Origin: a bacterium
GTDB lineage: Bacteria > UBA8248 > JACPRG01 > G963555815
Length of the DNA: 64,000 nucleotides
Direction of reading: 5' to 3'
NCBI GenBank assembly: GCA_963555815.3
Contig: CAUVWX020000002.1
Span: 256,001 to 320,000 of the forward strand
Below the pieces are notes generated by a model. That model saw only the letters and a list, made by a program, of their open reading frames with translations. It searched no databases and was not told the DNA's origin. How positions within the stretch are numbered: position 1 is the first letter of the stretch; each line of letters starts with the position of its first letter. The translations under genes and the position numbers were made by a program. Of this stretch, positions 49,370 through 57,807 are shown piece by piece.

Positions 49370-49984
49370 ATGCGCGTAGGGGTCCTTGCTTCCGGGCGGG
49401 GGTCAAACCTTCAGTCCCTGATCGACGCATCCGAGGCGGGCCGGCTCGCGGCTGAGATTGTGGTTGTCCTGAGCGACGTGGAGGATGCCCCCGCCCTCCA
49501 TCGGGCGAAACGCCGCGGGATCCCCGCCTTCTTCATCAACCCCCAAGGGGAGGACTTTGAGGCCCGGCTCTTGGAGGCCCTCTCGAAGGCTCAGGTGGAG
49601 TTGGTCTGTCTTGCGGGTTTTATGCGGATCCTGAGTCCTTTCTTCCTCAAAGGGACCGGGAGGCCCGTTCTCAACATCCATCCTTCTCTGCTCCCGGGCT
49701 TTCCGGGACTTCAGGCCCAGCGCCAAGCCCTTGAGCACGGCGTGAAGGTGACGGGCTGCACCGTCCATCTCGTTAATGAGGAGGTGGACCACGGGCCCAT
49801 CCTCGTGCAGGCCGCTGTTCCTGTCTTTGAAGATGATACGCCGCAGTCCCTGGCTAAGCGCATCCTGAGGGAGGAGCACCGGATCTATCCTCAGGCAGTC
49901 CAGTATTTTGCCGAGGGCCGCGTGAAGGTGGAGGGAAGAAGGGTTAAAATTTCCCCCTCTTCGACTGAGTCGTCCGCAGGGTGA
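49370..49984 (+). CDS. purN: Phosphoribosylglycinamide formyltransferase
   Basis: SGRGSNLQ, LAGFMRIL, NIHPSLLP.F.G, GCTVH, D.GPI. Confidence 0.97.
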   Translation: MRVGVLASGRGSNLQSLIDASEAGRLAAEIVVVLSDVEDAPALHRAKRRGIPAFFINPQGEDFEARLLEALSKAQVELVCLAGFMRILSPFFLKGTGRPVLNIHPSLLPGFPGLQAQRQALEHGVKVTGCTVHLVNEEVDHGPILVQAAVPVFEDDTPQSLAKRILREEHRIYPQAVQYFAEGRVKVEGRRVKISPSSTESSAG

Positions 49985-50172
49985 GTTTTCAGGGGGCTCA
50001 GTTTCTTCAAGACGCTGACCCGAACCACCCAATAGAAGGCCAGTTGGCGAGGCTTGAGCGAGAGTGTATATATTGACGGAAGGCCTTCTCCGGGGTAGCG
50101 GCTGAGACGGTTTTTGTAAGGCGAAGGGTAGGAATTTCGGTTCCGCCGGCTTAGGGATTGGATTCCAAGGGC

Positions 50173-50871
50173 ATGTTTATCCCCCTTAAGGACGAGCACC
50201 CGACCCGCATCATCCCGGTGGTGACCCTTGTCATCATCGGGATGAACCTGCTTGGCTTCTTCATGGAGCTTGGGGCTGGATCAGAGTTTGCTCGCGGGAA
50301 GCTCATCCACGGTCTTGGGGCCATTCCCATCCGGTTCACCCAGGATGTCGGGCCGCTTCCGGATTTCTTTCTGCCCCGCTGGACGACCCTTTTCACCTCG
50401 CTTTTTCTTCACGCCGGATGGCTCCACCTGGGTGGGAATATGCTCTACCTTTGGATTTTTGGAAACAACATTGAAGAGCACCTGGGCCACGGAAAGTTTC
50501 TTCTCTTCTATCTGCTTTCCGGCCTGGTGGCCACCGGAACCCACATCCTGTTCAACCCCGACTCTCCGATTCCCGTCATCGGGGCGAGTGGGGCGATCGC
50601 AGGGGTCCTGGGCGCCTATCTGATCCTGTTCCCCCGGCATCAGGTGGTGACTCTCGCCTTCTTTTTCTACTTTATCCAAGTGATTCGGGTCCCGGCGGTC
50701 TTCATCCTCGGTTTTTGGTTTATCATTCAGATCTTCCGTGGTACCTTATCCCTAGGGACGGCAGACGCCTCCGGGGTGGCGTGGTTTGCCCATATCGGTG
50801 GGTTTGTGACCGGCCTGCTTCTCATCCGTCTCTTCCCGAGGGCGAAATGGAGCCCAGTGGGGCTACGCTGA
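50173..50871 (+). CDS. Rhomboid-family intramembrane serine protease
   Basis: IPLKD, FLH.GWLHL.GNM, GASGAIAG (catalytic Ser), AHIGG (catalytic His). Confidence 0.93.
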   Translation: MFIPLKDEHPTRIIPVVTLVIIGMNLLGFFMELGAGSEFARGKLIHGLGAIPIRFTQDVGPLPDFFLPRWTTLFTSLFLHAGWLHLGGNMLYLWIFGNNIEEHLGHGKFLLFYLLSGLVATGTHILFNPDSPIPVIGASGAIAGVLGAYLILFPRHQVVTLAFFFYFIQVIRVPAVFILGFWFIIQIFRGTLSLGTADASGVAWFAHIGGFVTGLLLIRLFPRAKWSPVGLR

Positions 50872-51551
50872 AAGTGGCACTGGCGGTTCTGGTTTTGGCG
50901 GGGGCGACGTCGGCCGCCGCACTGGACCTCGAGGGGGTTATTGACCGGGTCCAGAACCGGTATGAGGAGACGGAGTTCCTGCAGGCCCGCTTTCGCCAGG
51001 TGTCCACACTGAAGTCGATAGGCGAGAGCCAGAGTTCAGAAGGCCGGGTCTTTATCCGAAAGCCCGGAAGGATGCGCTGGGAGTACGAGAAACCTGAACC
51101 CCAGGTCCTCATCAGTGACGGGGAGAATTTTTGGGTTTATACCCCGAGCCGGAATCAGGTTATCGTGAGCAGGGCCGGAGAGGGCATCCCGGTCTCGGCC
51201 CCCACCGCCTTCCTGGCGGGAAAGGGACGCCTTCGGTCTGAGTTTAAGATCACCTGGAGTCGGGAGTCGGGACCTCCCGAGGACCCTTCGGCTGAGACCT
51301 ATCGCCTGGACCTGTCACCGAGGAATCCCCATCCCAGCCTCGAGCGGCTCGTCATAGAGGTCCGGGCCGATGATTTCAACATTGTCAGGAGTTCCATCGT
51401 GGATGTTTTTGGGAATGTGACGGACGTCGAGTTTAACGAGATCGTGACGGACCGTCCCCTGCCGGACGATCTCTTCACCTTCGAGATTCCCCGCGGGGTG
51501 GAGATCCTGAGACCCCCGAGGCTTCCCACGAGCGGTGATAAGAGGAGGTAG
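50847..51551 (+). CDS. lolA: Outer-membrane lipoprotein carrier LolA
   Basis: Signal peptide; A.F.Q, G.VFIRKPG.MRWEY..PE.Q..ISDG..FW.Y.P...QV, FTFEIP.GVEI. Confidence 0.88.
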   Translation: MEPSGATLKVALAVLVLAGATSAAALDLEGVIDRVQNRYEETEFLQARFRQVSTLKSIGESQSSEGRVFIRKPGRMRWEYEKPEPQVLISDGENFWVYTPSRNQVIVSRAGEGIPVSAPTAFLAGKGRLRSEFKITWSRESGPPEDPSAETYRLDLSPRNPHPSLERLVIEVRADDFNIVRSSIVDVFGNVTDVEFNEIVTDRPLPDDLFTFEIPRGVEILRPPRLPTSGDKRR

Positions 51552-51557
51552 TTTTTC

Positions 51558-52634
51558 TTGACGACAGCCCTTGCCGCCATCATTCTCCTGGGCCTTCTAG
51601 TCTTCGTCCACGAGCTCGGCCATTTCCTCTTGGCCAGGCGCTACGGGATCGGGGTGGAAAAGTTCTCTCTGGGCTTTGGGCCAAAGCTCTTCGGGCGCAA
51701 GCGTGGAGACACGGAATATCTCATCTCAGCCATCCCCCTCGGGGGCTACGTCAAGCTCATGGGGGAGGACCCTAAGGACACCGAGGTGGACCCCAAAAAG
51801 TCCTTTGCCCTGCGGCCTGTCCGGGAGCGGTTGGTTGTTGTCTTGGCGGGGCCAGCCTTTAATGTTTTCTTCGCAGTCCTCGTCTTCTGGGTGATCTATA
51901 TGGCGGGGGTCCCGGTCCTTCGGGCCACAGTCGGCGAGGTGATTCCCGAGTCTCCGGCAGCCCTGGCGGGTTTCCAGCCCAATGACCGCATTGTCACTAT
52001 TGATGAACAGCCTATCGAGGAGTGGGACCAACTGGTCTCCCTAGTCGGGGTGAGCGAGGGTCGCCCTCTTCAGATGACGGTCCTGCGAGGTGGGGAGACG
52101 GTTGAGCTTCAAGTCACACCGGCCCTTCGGAAGGCTCAGAATCTCTTCAACGAAGAGATCGAAAGGCCCATGATCGGCATCCAGAATCTAGGGACAGACT
52201 TCTTCCTTCGGCGCGTTGACCCCCTCACAGCCCTCGGGAGAGGGTTTACCCAGTCCGGGAACATCGTTTCTCTGACGGCCGTCAGCGTGTGGAAGATCGT
52301 GCGGGGCGACCTCCCGGCAAGAGAGTCCCTGGGGGGACCCATTCTCATTGTTCAGATGGCGGGACAGCAGTTCCGCCGTGGGGTCATGAACTACGCTTTT
52401 TTCGCCGCACTCATCAGCCTCAATCTCGCTATCCTCAACCTGCTGCCCATCCCCGTCCTGGACGGAGGTCATATCTTTTTCTTTCTCCTGGAAGCCGGCA
52501 TCGGCCGTCCCGTCAGCCTGAGGAAGCGAGAAATCGCCCAACAGGTGGGGCTTTTTCTTATCATCCTGTTGATGGTCTTTGCCTTCTATAATGATGTCGC
52601 TCGGATTTTCTCTCCCGCGGGAGGAACACCATGA
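51558..52634 (+). CDS. rseP: RIP metalloprotease RseP
   Basis: HELGH, FS.GFG, IPLGGYV, AGP, one PDZ domain, NLLPIP.LDGG. Confidence 0.95.
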   Translation: MTTALAAIILLGLLVFVHELGHFLLARRYGIGVEKFSLGFGPKLFGRKRGDTEYLISAIPLGGYVKLMGEDPKDTEVDPKKSFALRPVRERLVVVLAGPAFNVFFAVLVFWVIYMAGVPVLRATVGEVIPESPAALAGFQPNDRIVTIDEQPIEEWDQLVSLVGVSEGRPLQMTVLRGGETVELQVTPALRKAQNLFNEEIERPMIGIQNLGTDFFLRRVDPLTALGRGFTQSGNIVSLTAVSVWKIVRGDLPARESLGGPILIVQMAGQQFRRGVMNYAFFAALISLNLAILNLLPIPVLDGGHIFFFLLEAGIGRPVSLRKREIAQQVGLFLIILLMVFAFYNDVARIFSPAGGTP

Positions 52635-53779
52635 AAGAACGGCGCAAGAGTAGACCTGTCTTCCTCGACCGGGTTCAGATTGGCGGCGATGCCCCCATCG
52701 CCGTCCAGTCCATGACGGACACTGACACCTGCGACACCCTCAAGACCATGCGGCAGATCCACACGCTGCAGCAAGTGGGCTGCGAGGTGGTCCGGGTGGC
52801 TGTCCCTGATATGGAAGCGGCCCGAAAGCTCCGGACCATCCGGGCCGGGATCGATATCCCTTTGGTGGCCGACATTCACTTCGACTACCGTCTTGCCCTT
52901 GAGGCCCTGAAGGCGGGGGTGGACTGTCTTCGGATCAATCCAGGCAATATCCGGGCCTTTGGGGGCGGAGAACATAAGGTGGCCGAGCTGGCGGCGGCCT
53001 GCAACGACCAGGGGGTCCCCATCCGGATCGGCGTCAACTCCGGCTCCCTCGAGGTGGACCTGGTGGACAAGTATGTCGGGCCGACGGCCGAGGCCATGGT
53101 GGAGAGCGCCCTCCGGCACGTGACCCTCTTAGAGAAGCACCATTTCGAGATGATCAAAATTTCCCTTAAGGCCTCCGATGTCTGGCGAACGGTGGACGCC
53201 TACCGCCTCATCGCAGACCGGGTGGACTACCCGCTCCACCTGGGGGTCACAGAGGCCGGCTCCCTCATCACAGGGACCGTCAAGACGACGGCCGCCTTCA
53301 GCCAGCTTCTGGCGGATGGCGTCGGAGACACGATTCGGGTCTCTCTCGCCGCAAGTCCCCTGGAAGAGGTAAAGGTGGGCTACGAGATCCTGAAGGCCAT
53401 GGAGGTCCGCCACCGGGGGGTGAACGTGGTGGCCTGCCCGACCTGCGGCCGGCTTCAGATCGACGTGGAGGGTCTTGCCGCTCGGCTTGAAAAGGGGCTT
53501 GCACACATCAAGCGCCCTGTCACCGTGGCCGTCATGGGCTGCGAAGTCAACGGCCCCGGAGAGGCGAAGGACGCTGACATCGGCATCGCCGGCGGGCGGG
53601 GAGAGGGGATGCTCTTTGTCAAAGGCAAAAAGGCCCGAAAGGTCAAGGAGGCGGACTTCTATCAGGTCGTCGTCGAGGAAGTTGAAAAGATGGTGGCCGA
53701 GGAGGCCTCCCAGAGTGAAGAGGAAGAGACCTCCGGCCCTGGGGTGCCCGAACTCCCTCAGCTTCGAATCTTGTCCTAG
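52631..53779 (+). CDS. ispG: (E)-4-hydroxy-3-methylbut-2-enyl-diphosphate synthase
   Basis: VQSMT, VADIHF, RINPGN, RIGVNSGS, HLGVTEAG, CPTCGR, GCEVNGPGE. Confidence 0.97.
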   Translation: MKERRKSRPVFLDRVQIGGDAPIAVQSMTDTDTCDTLKTMRQIHTLQQVGCEVVRVAVPDMEAARKLRTIRAGIDIPLVADIHFDYRLALEALKAGVDCLRINPGNIRAFGGGEHKVAELAAACNDQGVPIRIGVNSGSLEVDLVDKYVGPTAEAMVESALRHVTLLEKHHFEMIKISLKASDVWRTVDAYRLIADRVDYPLHLGVTEAGSLITGTVKTTAAFSQLLADGVGDTIRVSLAASPLEEVKVGYEILKAMEVRHRGVNVVACPTCGRLQIDVEGLAARLEKGLAHIKRPVTVAVMGCEVNGPGEAKDADIGIAGGRGEGMLFVKGKKARKVKEADFYQVVVEEVEKMVAEEASQSEEEETSGPGVPELPQLRILS

Positions 53780-53877
53780 GAGACTGCCCCCAATCTTTCG
53801 CAGAACGGACTGGGCCCCAGCTCAATCGGGTCCCAGTCTTCGTTTGACCGCAGAGTAGGGGAGGATCTGTTCGGTAG

Positions 53878-55599
53878 ATGCGTTTGACGCAGGCGTTTTT
53901 TCCCACGCTGAAGGAGGCGCCCACCGAAGCTGAGGTGGTCAGCCACAGCCTCATGGTCCGAGCGGGCCTCATCCGACGCCTGGCGGCTGGAGTGTACATC
54001 ATGCTCCCGCTTGGTCTTCGTGTCCAAAAGAAAGTGGAGGCGATTGTGCGGGAAGAGATGGACCGGGCGGGGGGCCAAGAGGTCCTCCTTCCGGTCCTTC
54101 TGCCCGCGGAGCTTTGGCGCGAGACGGGCCGGTGGGAGGAGTACGGAAAAGAGCTCATGCGTCTTCAAGACCGTCACGAGCGGGATTTTTGTTTAGGCCC
54201 CACTCATGAGGAGGTCATTACCGACCTCATCCGAAGGGAGATCCGGTCCTACCGAAGCCTTCCCCTCACCCTCTACCAGATCCAGACCAAGTTTCGAGAC
54301 GAGATCCGCCCCCGCTTTGGCGTCATGCGGGGGAGGGAGTTCACCATGAAGGACGCCTATAGCTTCGACCGGGATGACAAGGGGGCTGAGGAGAGTTACC
54401 ACAGGATGTACGACGCCTACACCCGGATCTTCACCCGTTGCGGCCTTCAGTTCTCCTCCGTCGAGGCCGACCCGGGCATCATCGGAGGGAGCTTTTCGCA
54501 CGAGTTCATGGTCTTGGCCGATACGGGGGAGGAGGCCATCGTGGGGTGCGGGGGTTGCCACTATGCGGCCAATGTGGAGAAGACCCCCTTCTCGACGGGG
54601 GCCTCGGCGGAAGAGACAGGGCCTAAAGTTGCGGAGCTCGAAAAGGTTTTCACCCCGAACCTCAAAACGGCCGAGGAGGTGGCGGCCTATCTAAAAAGCG
54701 ACCTTCACGACCTGGCGAAGACGCTCATCTACCAGGCCGATGGGAATCTGTGGGCGGTCATGATCCCGGGCGATTGTCAGGTGAACCAGCTCAAGCTCAA
54801 GAACTCCCTGGGGGCGGCGGACCTCTCCATGGCCGACCCAGAGACCACGGAACGTGTGACCGGGGCGCCGGTGGGGTTTGCAGGGCCCATCGGCCTAAAG
54901 GACATCCCCATCGTGGCCGACCACACTCTGAGCGATCGGGAGAACCTCATCGTTGGGGCCAATGAGGCGGACCACCACTACCGGGGGGCGAAGCCGGGCC
55001 GGGATTTTGAGGTCCGAGAATACACCGATCTCAGGCTGGCTCGGACGGGAGACCCGTGCCCCCGGTGTGGGAAACCTCTTGCCCTTCGTCGCGGCATTGA
55101 GGTGGGCCACATCTTCAAGCTGGGAACGAAGTACAGCCAGACCCTGGGGGCCACCTTCCTGGATGCGCAGGGACAGGAGCGCCTGTCGATCATGGGCTGC
55201 TACGGCATCGGCATCGGCCGCACCATCGCAGCCGCGATTGAACAAAACCACGACGAACGGGGAATTATCTGGCCCATGCCCCTTGCCCCTTACCAGGTGG
55301 TCATCATCCCCGTGAACACCGAAGAGCCCTCCGTCATGAAGACTGCCGAGGACCTCTACGCGAGACTTCAGGGGGAGGGGCTGGAAACCCTTCTCGATGA
55401 CCGTGACGAGCGAGCAGGGGTAAAGTTCAAAGACGCGGAACTCATCGGGATTCCCCTCCAAGTGATCGTCGGGGTTCGAAATCTGAAGGCCGGCAAGATT
55501 GAAATAAAACGTCGACGAGACGGTGCGACCTCCCTGGCTTCCTTGGAAGAGGTCCTGACCGCCGTTCTCCAGATAGTGAAAGAGCCCCTTCCAAGCTAA
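53878..55599 (+). CDS. proS: Proline--tRNA ligase (with editing insertion)
   Basis: GPTHEE, KFRDE.RPRFG, REF.MKD.Y, IEVGHIF.LGTKYS, MGCYGIG, DDR.ER.GVKF. Confidence 0.98.
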   Translation: MRLTQAFFPTLKEAPTEAEVVSHSLMVRAGLIRRLAAGVYIMLPLGLRVQKKVEAIVREEMDRAGGQEVLLPVLLPAELWRETGRWEEYGKELMRLQDRHERDFCLGPTHEEVITDLIRREIRSYRSLPLTLYQIQTKFRDEIRPRFGVMRGREFTMKDAYSFDRDDKGAEESYHRMYDAYTRIFTRCGLQFSSVEADPGIIGGSFSHEFMVLADTGEEAIVGCGGCHYAANVEKTPFSTGASAEETGPKVAELEKVFTPNLKTAEEVAAYLKSDLHDLAKTLIYQADGNLWAVMIPGDCQVNQLKLKNSLGAADLSMADPETTERVTGAPVGFAGPIGLKDIPIVADHTLSDRENLIVGANEADHHYRGAKPGRDFEVREYTDLRLARTGDPCPRCGKPLALRRGIEVGHIFKLGTKYSQTLGATFLDAQGQERLSIMGCYGIGIGRTIAAAIEQNHDERGIIWPMPLAPYQVVIIPVNTEEPSVMKTAEDLYARLQGEGLETLLDDRDERAGVKFKDAELIGIPLQVIVGVRNLKAGKIEIKRRRDGATSLASLEEVLTAVLQIVKEPLPS

Positions 55600-55648
55600 C
55601 TTTCAGGCGCCCCTGCAACCCCCCCCTAGGGGAGAGGGGATTTTTCCC

Positions 55649-55676
55649 TTGAATTATGGCTCGATGAGGGTAAATT
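55649..55676 (+). promoter_or_regulatory. Probable promoter of the rimP-nusA-infB operon
   Basis: TTGAAT-N16-TAAATT upstream of the leader hairpin. Confidence 0.45.
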
Positions 55677-55700
55677 ATTACGCAGATGGAGCACCGACGA

Positions 55701-55727
55701 AAGGTGGGCCAAATGCCCACTTTTTTT
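55701..55727 (+). terminator. rimP leader attenuator hairpin
   Basis: AAG-GTGGGC-CAAAT-GCCCAC-TTTTTTT, 13 nt before the rimP ATG. Matches the GTGGG...CCCAC-U-tract leader typical of rimP-nusA operons. Confidence 0.8.
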
Positions 55728-55740
55728 ATTATGGGAGCTG

Positions 55741-56250
55741 ATGCGGGTGGACACCTCCATGTTCCTTGAGAAGCTTCACCCTTTGGTGGAGCCCGTGGTG
55801 GAGGATGAGGGGCTGGAGCTGGTGGACCTGGAGTGGGTGAGCCTCTCAGGCCGGTGGGTCCTTCGGGTCTATATGGACAAGGAGGGTGGGGTAACCCTGG
55901 ATGACTGTCAGCGTGTCAGCCGTCGTTTGAATCCGGTGCTTGACGTGGAAGATCTCATCCCAGGCCATTACAGCCTGGAGGTGTCCTCGCCGGGCCTGAA
56001 TCGAAGGCTGAAGAAGACTTCGGACTTCAGGAAGTTTTTAGGGCGCCGGGCGCGCATTGAGCTTTCATCCCCCCTTCAGGGCAGAAAGCGGTTTCGAGGA
56101 AAACTGTCGGGAATTAGCGGGGAGGAAGCGACGGAGATTGTCTTGGAGCTGGAGGGGGGGGAAGTCGTGCATCTGCCGCTGGCGGATATCGGCAAAGCCC
56201 GCCTCGAGGTGAAGTTGTTCCTGACAAGAAGGAGCAGGAGGTTTGCCTGA
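55741..56250 (+). CDS. rimP: Ribosome maturation factor RimP
   Basis: LRVYMDKEGGVTLDDC, LEVSSPGL.R.L, KARL. Confidence 0.95.
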   Translation: MRVDTSMFLEKLHPLVEPVVEDEGLELVDLEWVSLSGRWVLRVYMDKEGGVTLDDCQRVSRRLNPVLDVEDLIPGHYSLEVSSPGLNRRLKKTSDFRKFLGRRARIELSSPLQGRKRFRGKLSGISGEEATEIVLELEGGEVVHLPLADIGKARLEVKLFLTRRSRRFA

Positions 56251-57706
56251 GGTAACCCAAGAACTGATGTTGCTCCTGAACCAGATCGAGCGGGAGAAGG
56301 GCATCGACAAGGCGCTTCTCGTGGAGGGGATCACCTCGGCCGTCGTTTCTGCATCTCGGAAATTCTACGGGGCCGAGGCCAACATCGAAGCTGTTCTGGA
56401 TAATGAGAGCGGAAGGGTGGATCTTTTCTGCCACAAGACCGTGGTGAAGAAAGTGTCGGAACCCGAGATGGAGATAAGCCTTAAGGAGGCCGCCACACAT
56501 AAGGCTGATGCCAAGGTGGGCGACCTTGTCGCCATTCCCCTTCCATTCGAAAGTTTCGGCCGCATCGCCGCTCAGACAGCGAAGCAGGTCATCCTGCAGC
56601 GAGTCCGGGAAGCTGAACGGGAGATGGTCTACAACGAGTACAAGGACCGGAAAGAAGAACTCGTCAATGGCATCGTCACCCGAGTAGAGAAGGGGACGAT
56701 CTACGTGGACATAGGAAAAGGGGAGGGCGTCCTGCCGCGAAGGGAGCAGGTTTTCCGAGAAACCTACCGGCGAAGCGACCGAATCCGCGCATTAATCCTG
56801 GAGGTCCGCCAGGCCTCCCGAGGCCCTCAGGTCATCCTTTCCAGAACCCACCCCGCCCTTGTCGTGAAGCTGTTCGCCATCGAGGTGCCAGAGATCTACG
56901 AGGGGATCGTGGAGATCAAGGAGGCCGTTCGGGAACCCAGCGGGCGATCTAAGATCGCGGTGGTCTCTCATGACAAAGATGTGGACCCGGTGGGGGCTTG
57001 TGTTGGGATGCGAGGCTCCCGCGTTCAGTCCATCGTCCAGGAGCTCAGGGGAGAGAAAATCGACATCATTCAGTGGACTGACGACCTCTCCACCTTCGCG
57101 GCAAACGCCCTGAGCCCCGCCAAGATCTCGCGGGTCATTTTGGGCGAGTCGGAGCAGGCGATGGTGGTCGTGGTCCCCGACGATCAGCTCTCCCTGGCCA
57201 TCGGAAGGAGCGGCCAAAACGTCCGTTTGGCGGCCAAACTTCTCAAGTGGAAGATCGACCTTAAGGGCGAATCGGAATACCAACGAGAACAGGCGGAATT
57301 GGCGGCCGATGTTCTCTCGGGGGGCAGAAAGGGGATTCCTCTGATCGAGTTGGGCGGCCTTGGCCCCAAGACGGCAGAACACTTGAAAGCATATAAGATC
57401 CGGACCGTTGAAAACCTGGCAGCAGTCTCTTTGGAAGACCTGACGGCTATCCCCGGAATCGGTTCTAAGCGGGCGGAGGTCCTTCTGAACGGAGCCAAGG
57501 AACATCTCGCCGCCCGAGTCGCTGCCGCCGAAAAGGACGAAGAAGCCCCGCAAGAGAGCGCCCAGGAGACTGAGGCCGATCTCCCCGAGACCAAGGACGA
57601 AGAACTCGAGGTCCACGAGACGGACTCGACCAGGTCTGTTGGGGACAATGGGGAAGAGCCTGAGGGGGAGAAGGAGCCTTCTGAGAAGTTAGACGAGAGT
57701 GGTTAA
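56243..57706 (+). CDS. nusA: Transcription factor NusA
   Basis: FGRIAAQTAKQVI, S1 domain, DPVGACVGMRGSRV, LAIGR.GQNVRLA, HhH repeats and an acidic tail. Confidence 0.97.
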   Translation: MPEVTQELMLLLNQIEREKGIDKALLVEGITSAVVSASRKFYGAEANIEAVLDNESGRVDLFCHKTVVKKVSEPEMEISLKEAATHKADAKVGDLVAIPLPFESFGRIAAQTAKQVILQRVREAEREMVYNEYKDRKEELVNGIVTRVEKGTIYVDIGKGEGVLPRREQVFRETYRRSDRIRALILEVRQASRGPQVILSRTHPALVVKLFAIEVPEIYEGIVEIKEAVREPSGRSKIAVVSHDKDVDPVGACVGMRGSRVQSIVQELRGEKIDIIQWTDDLSTFAANALSPAKISRVILGESEQAMVVVVPDDQLSLAIGRSGQNVRLAAKLLKWKIDLKGESEYQREQAELAADVLSGGRKGIPLIELGGLGPKTAEHLKAYKIRTVENLAAVSLEDLTAIPGIGSKRAEVLLNGAKEHLAARVAAAEKDEEAPQESAQETEADLPETKDEELEVHETDSTRSVGDNGEEPEGEKEPSEKLDESG

Positions 57707-57807
57707 AAGAGAGAGGCCCGAAACAGGTGCGGGCTGAAGGCCGGTATGGTATATAGATCCTCCTAACTAAAGCGAGATGAGGAAGTTTCAGCGGGAAAGA
57801 GGGTTCA

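Noticed and set aside
49985..50172. ncRNA or small ORF (49891..50199 -) in the purN-rhomboid spacer
   Set aside because: No convincing structure, ribosome-binding site or protein motif. Probably a promoter/UTR region.
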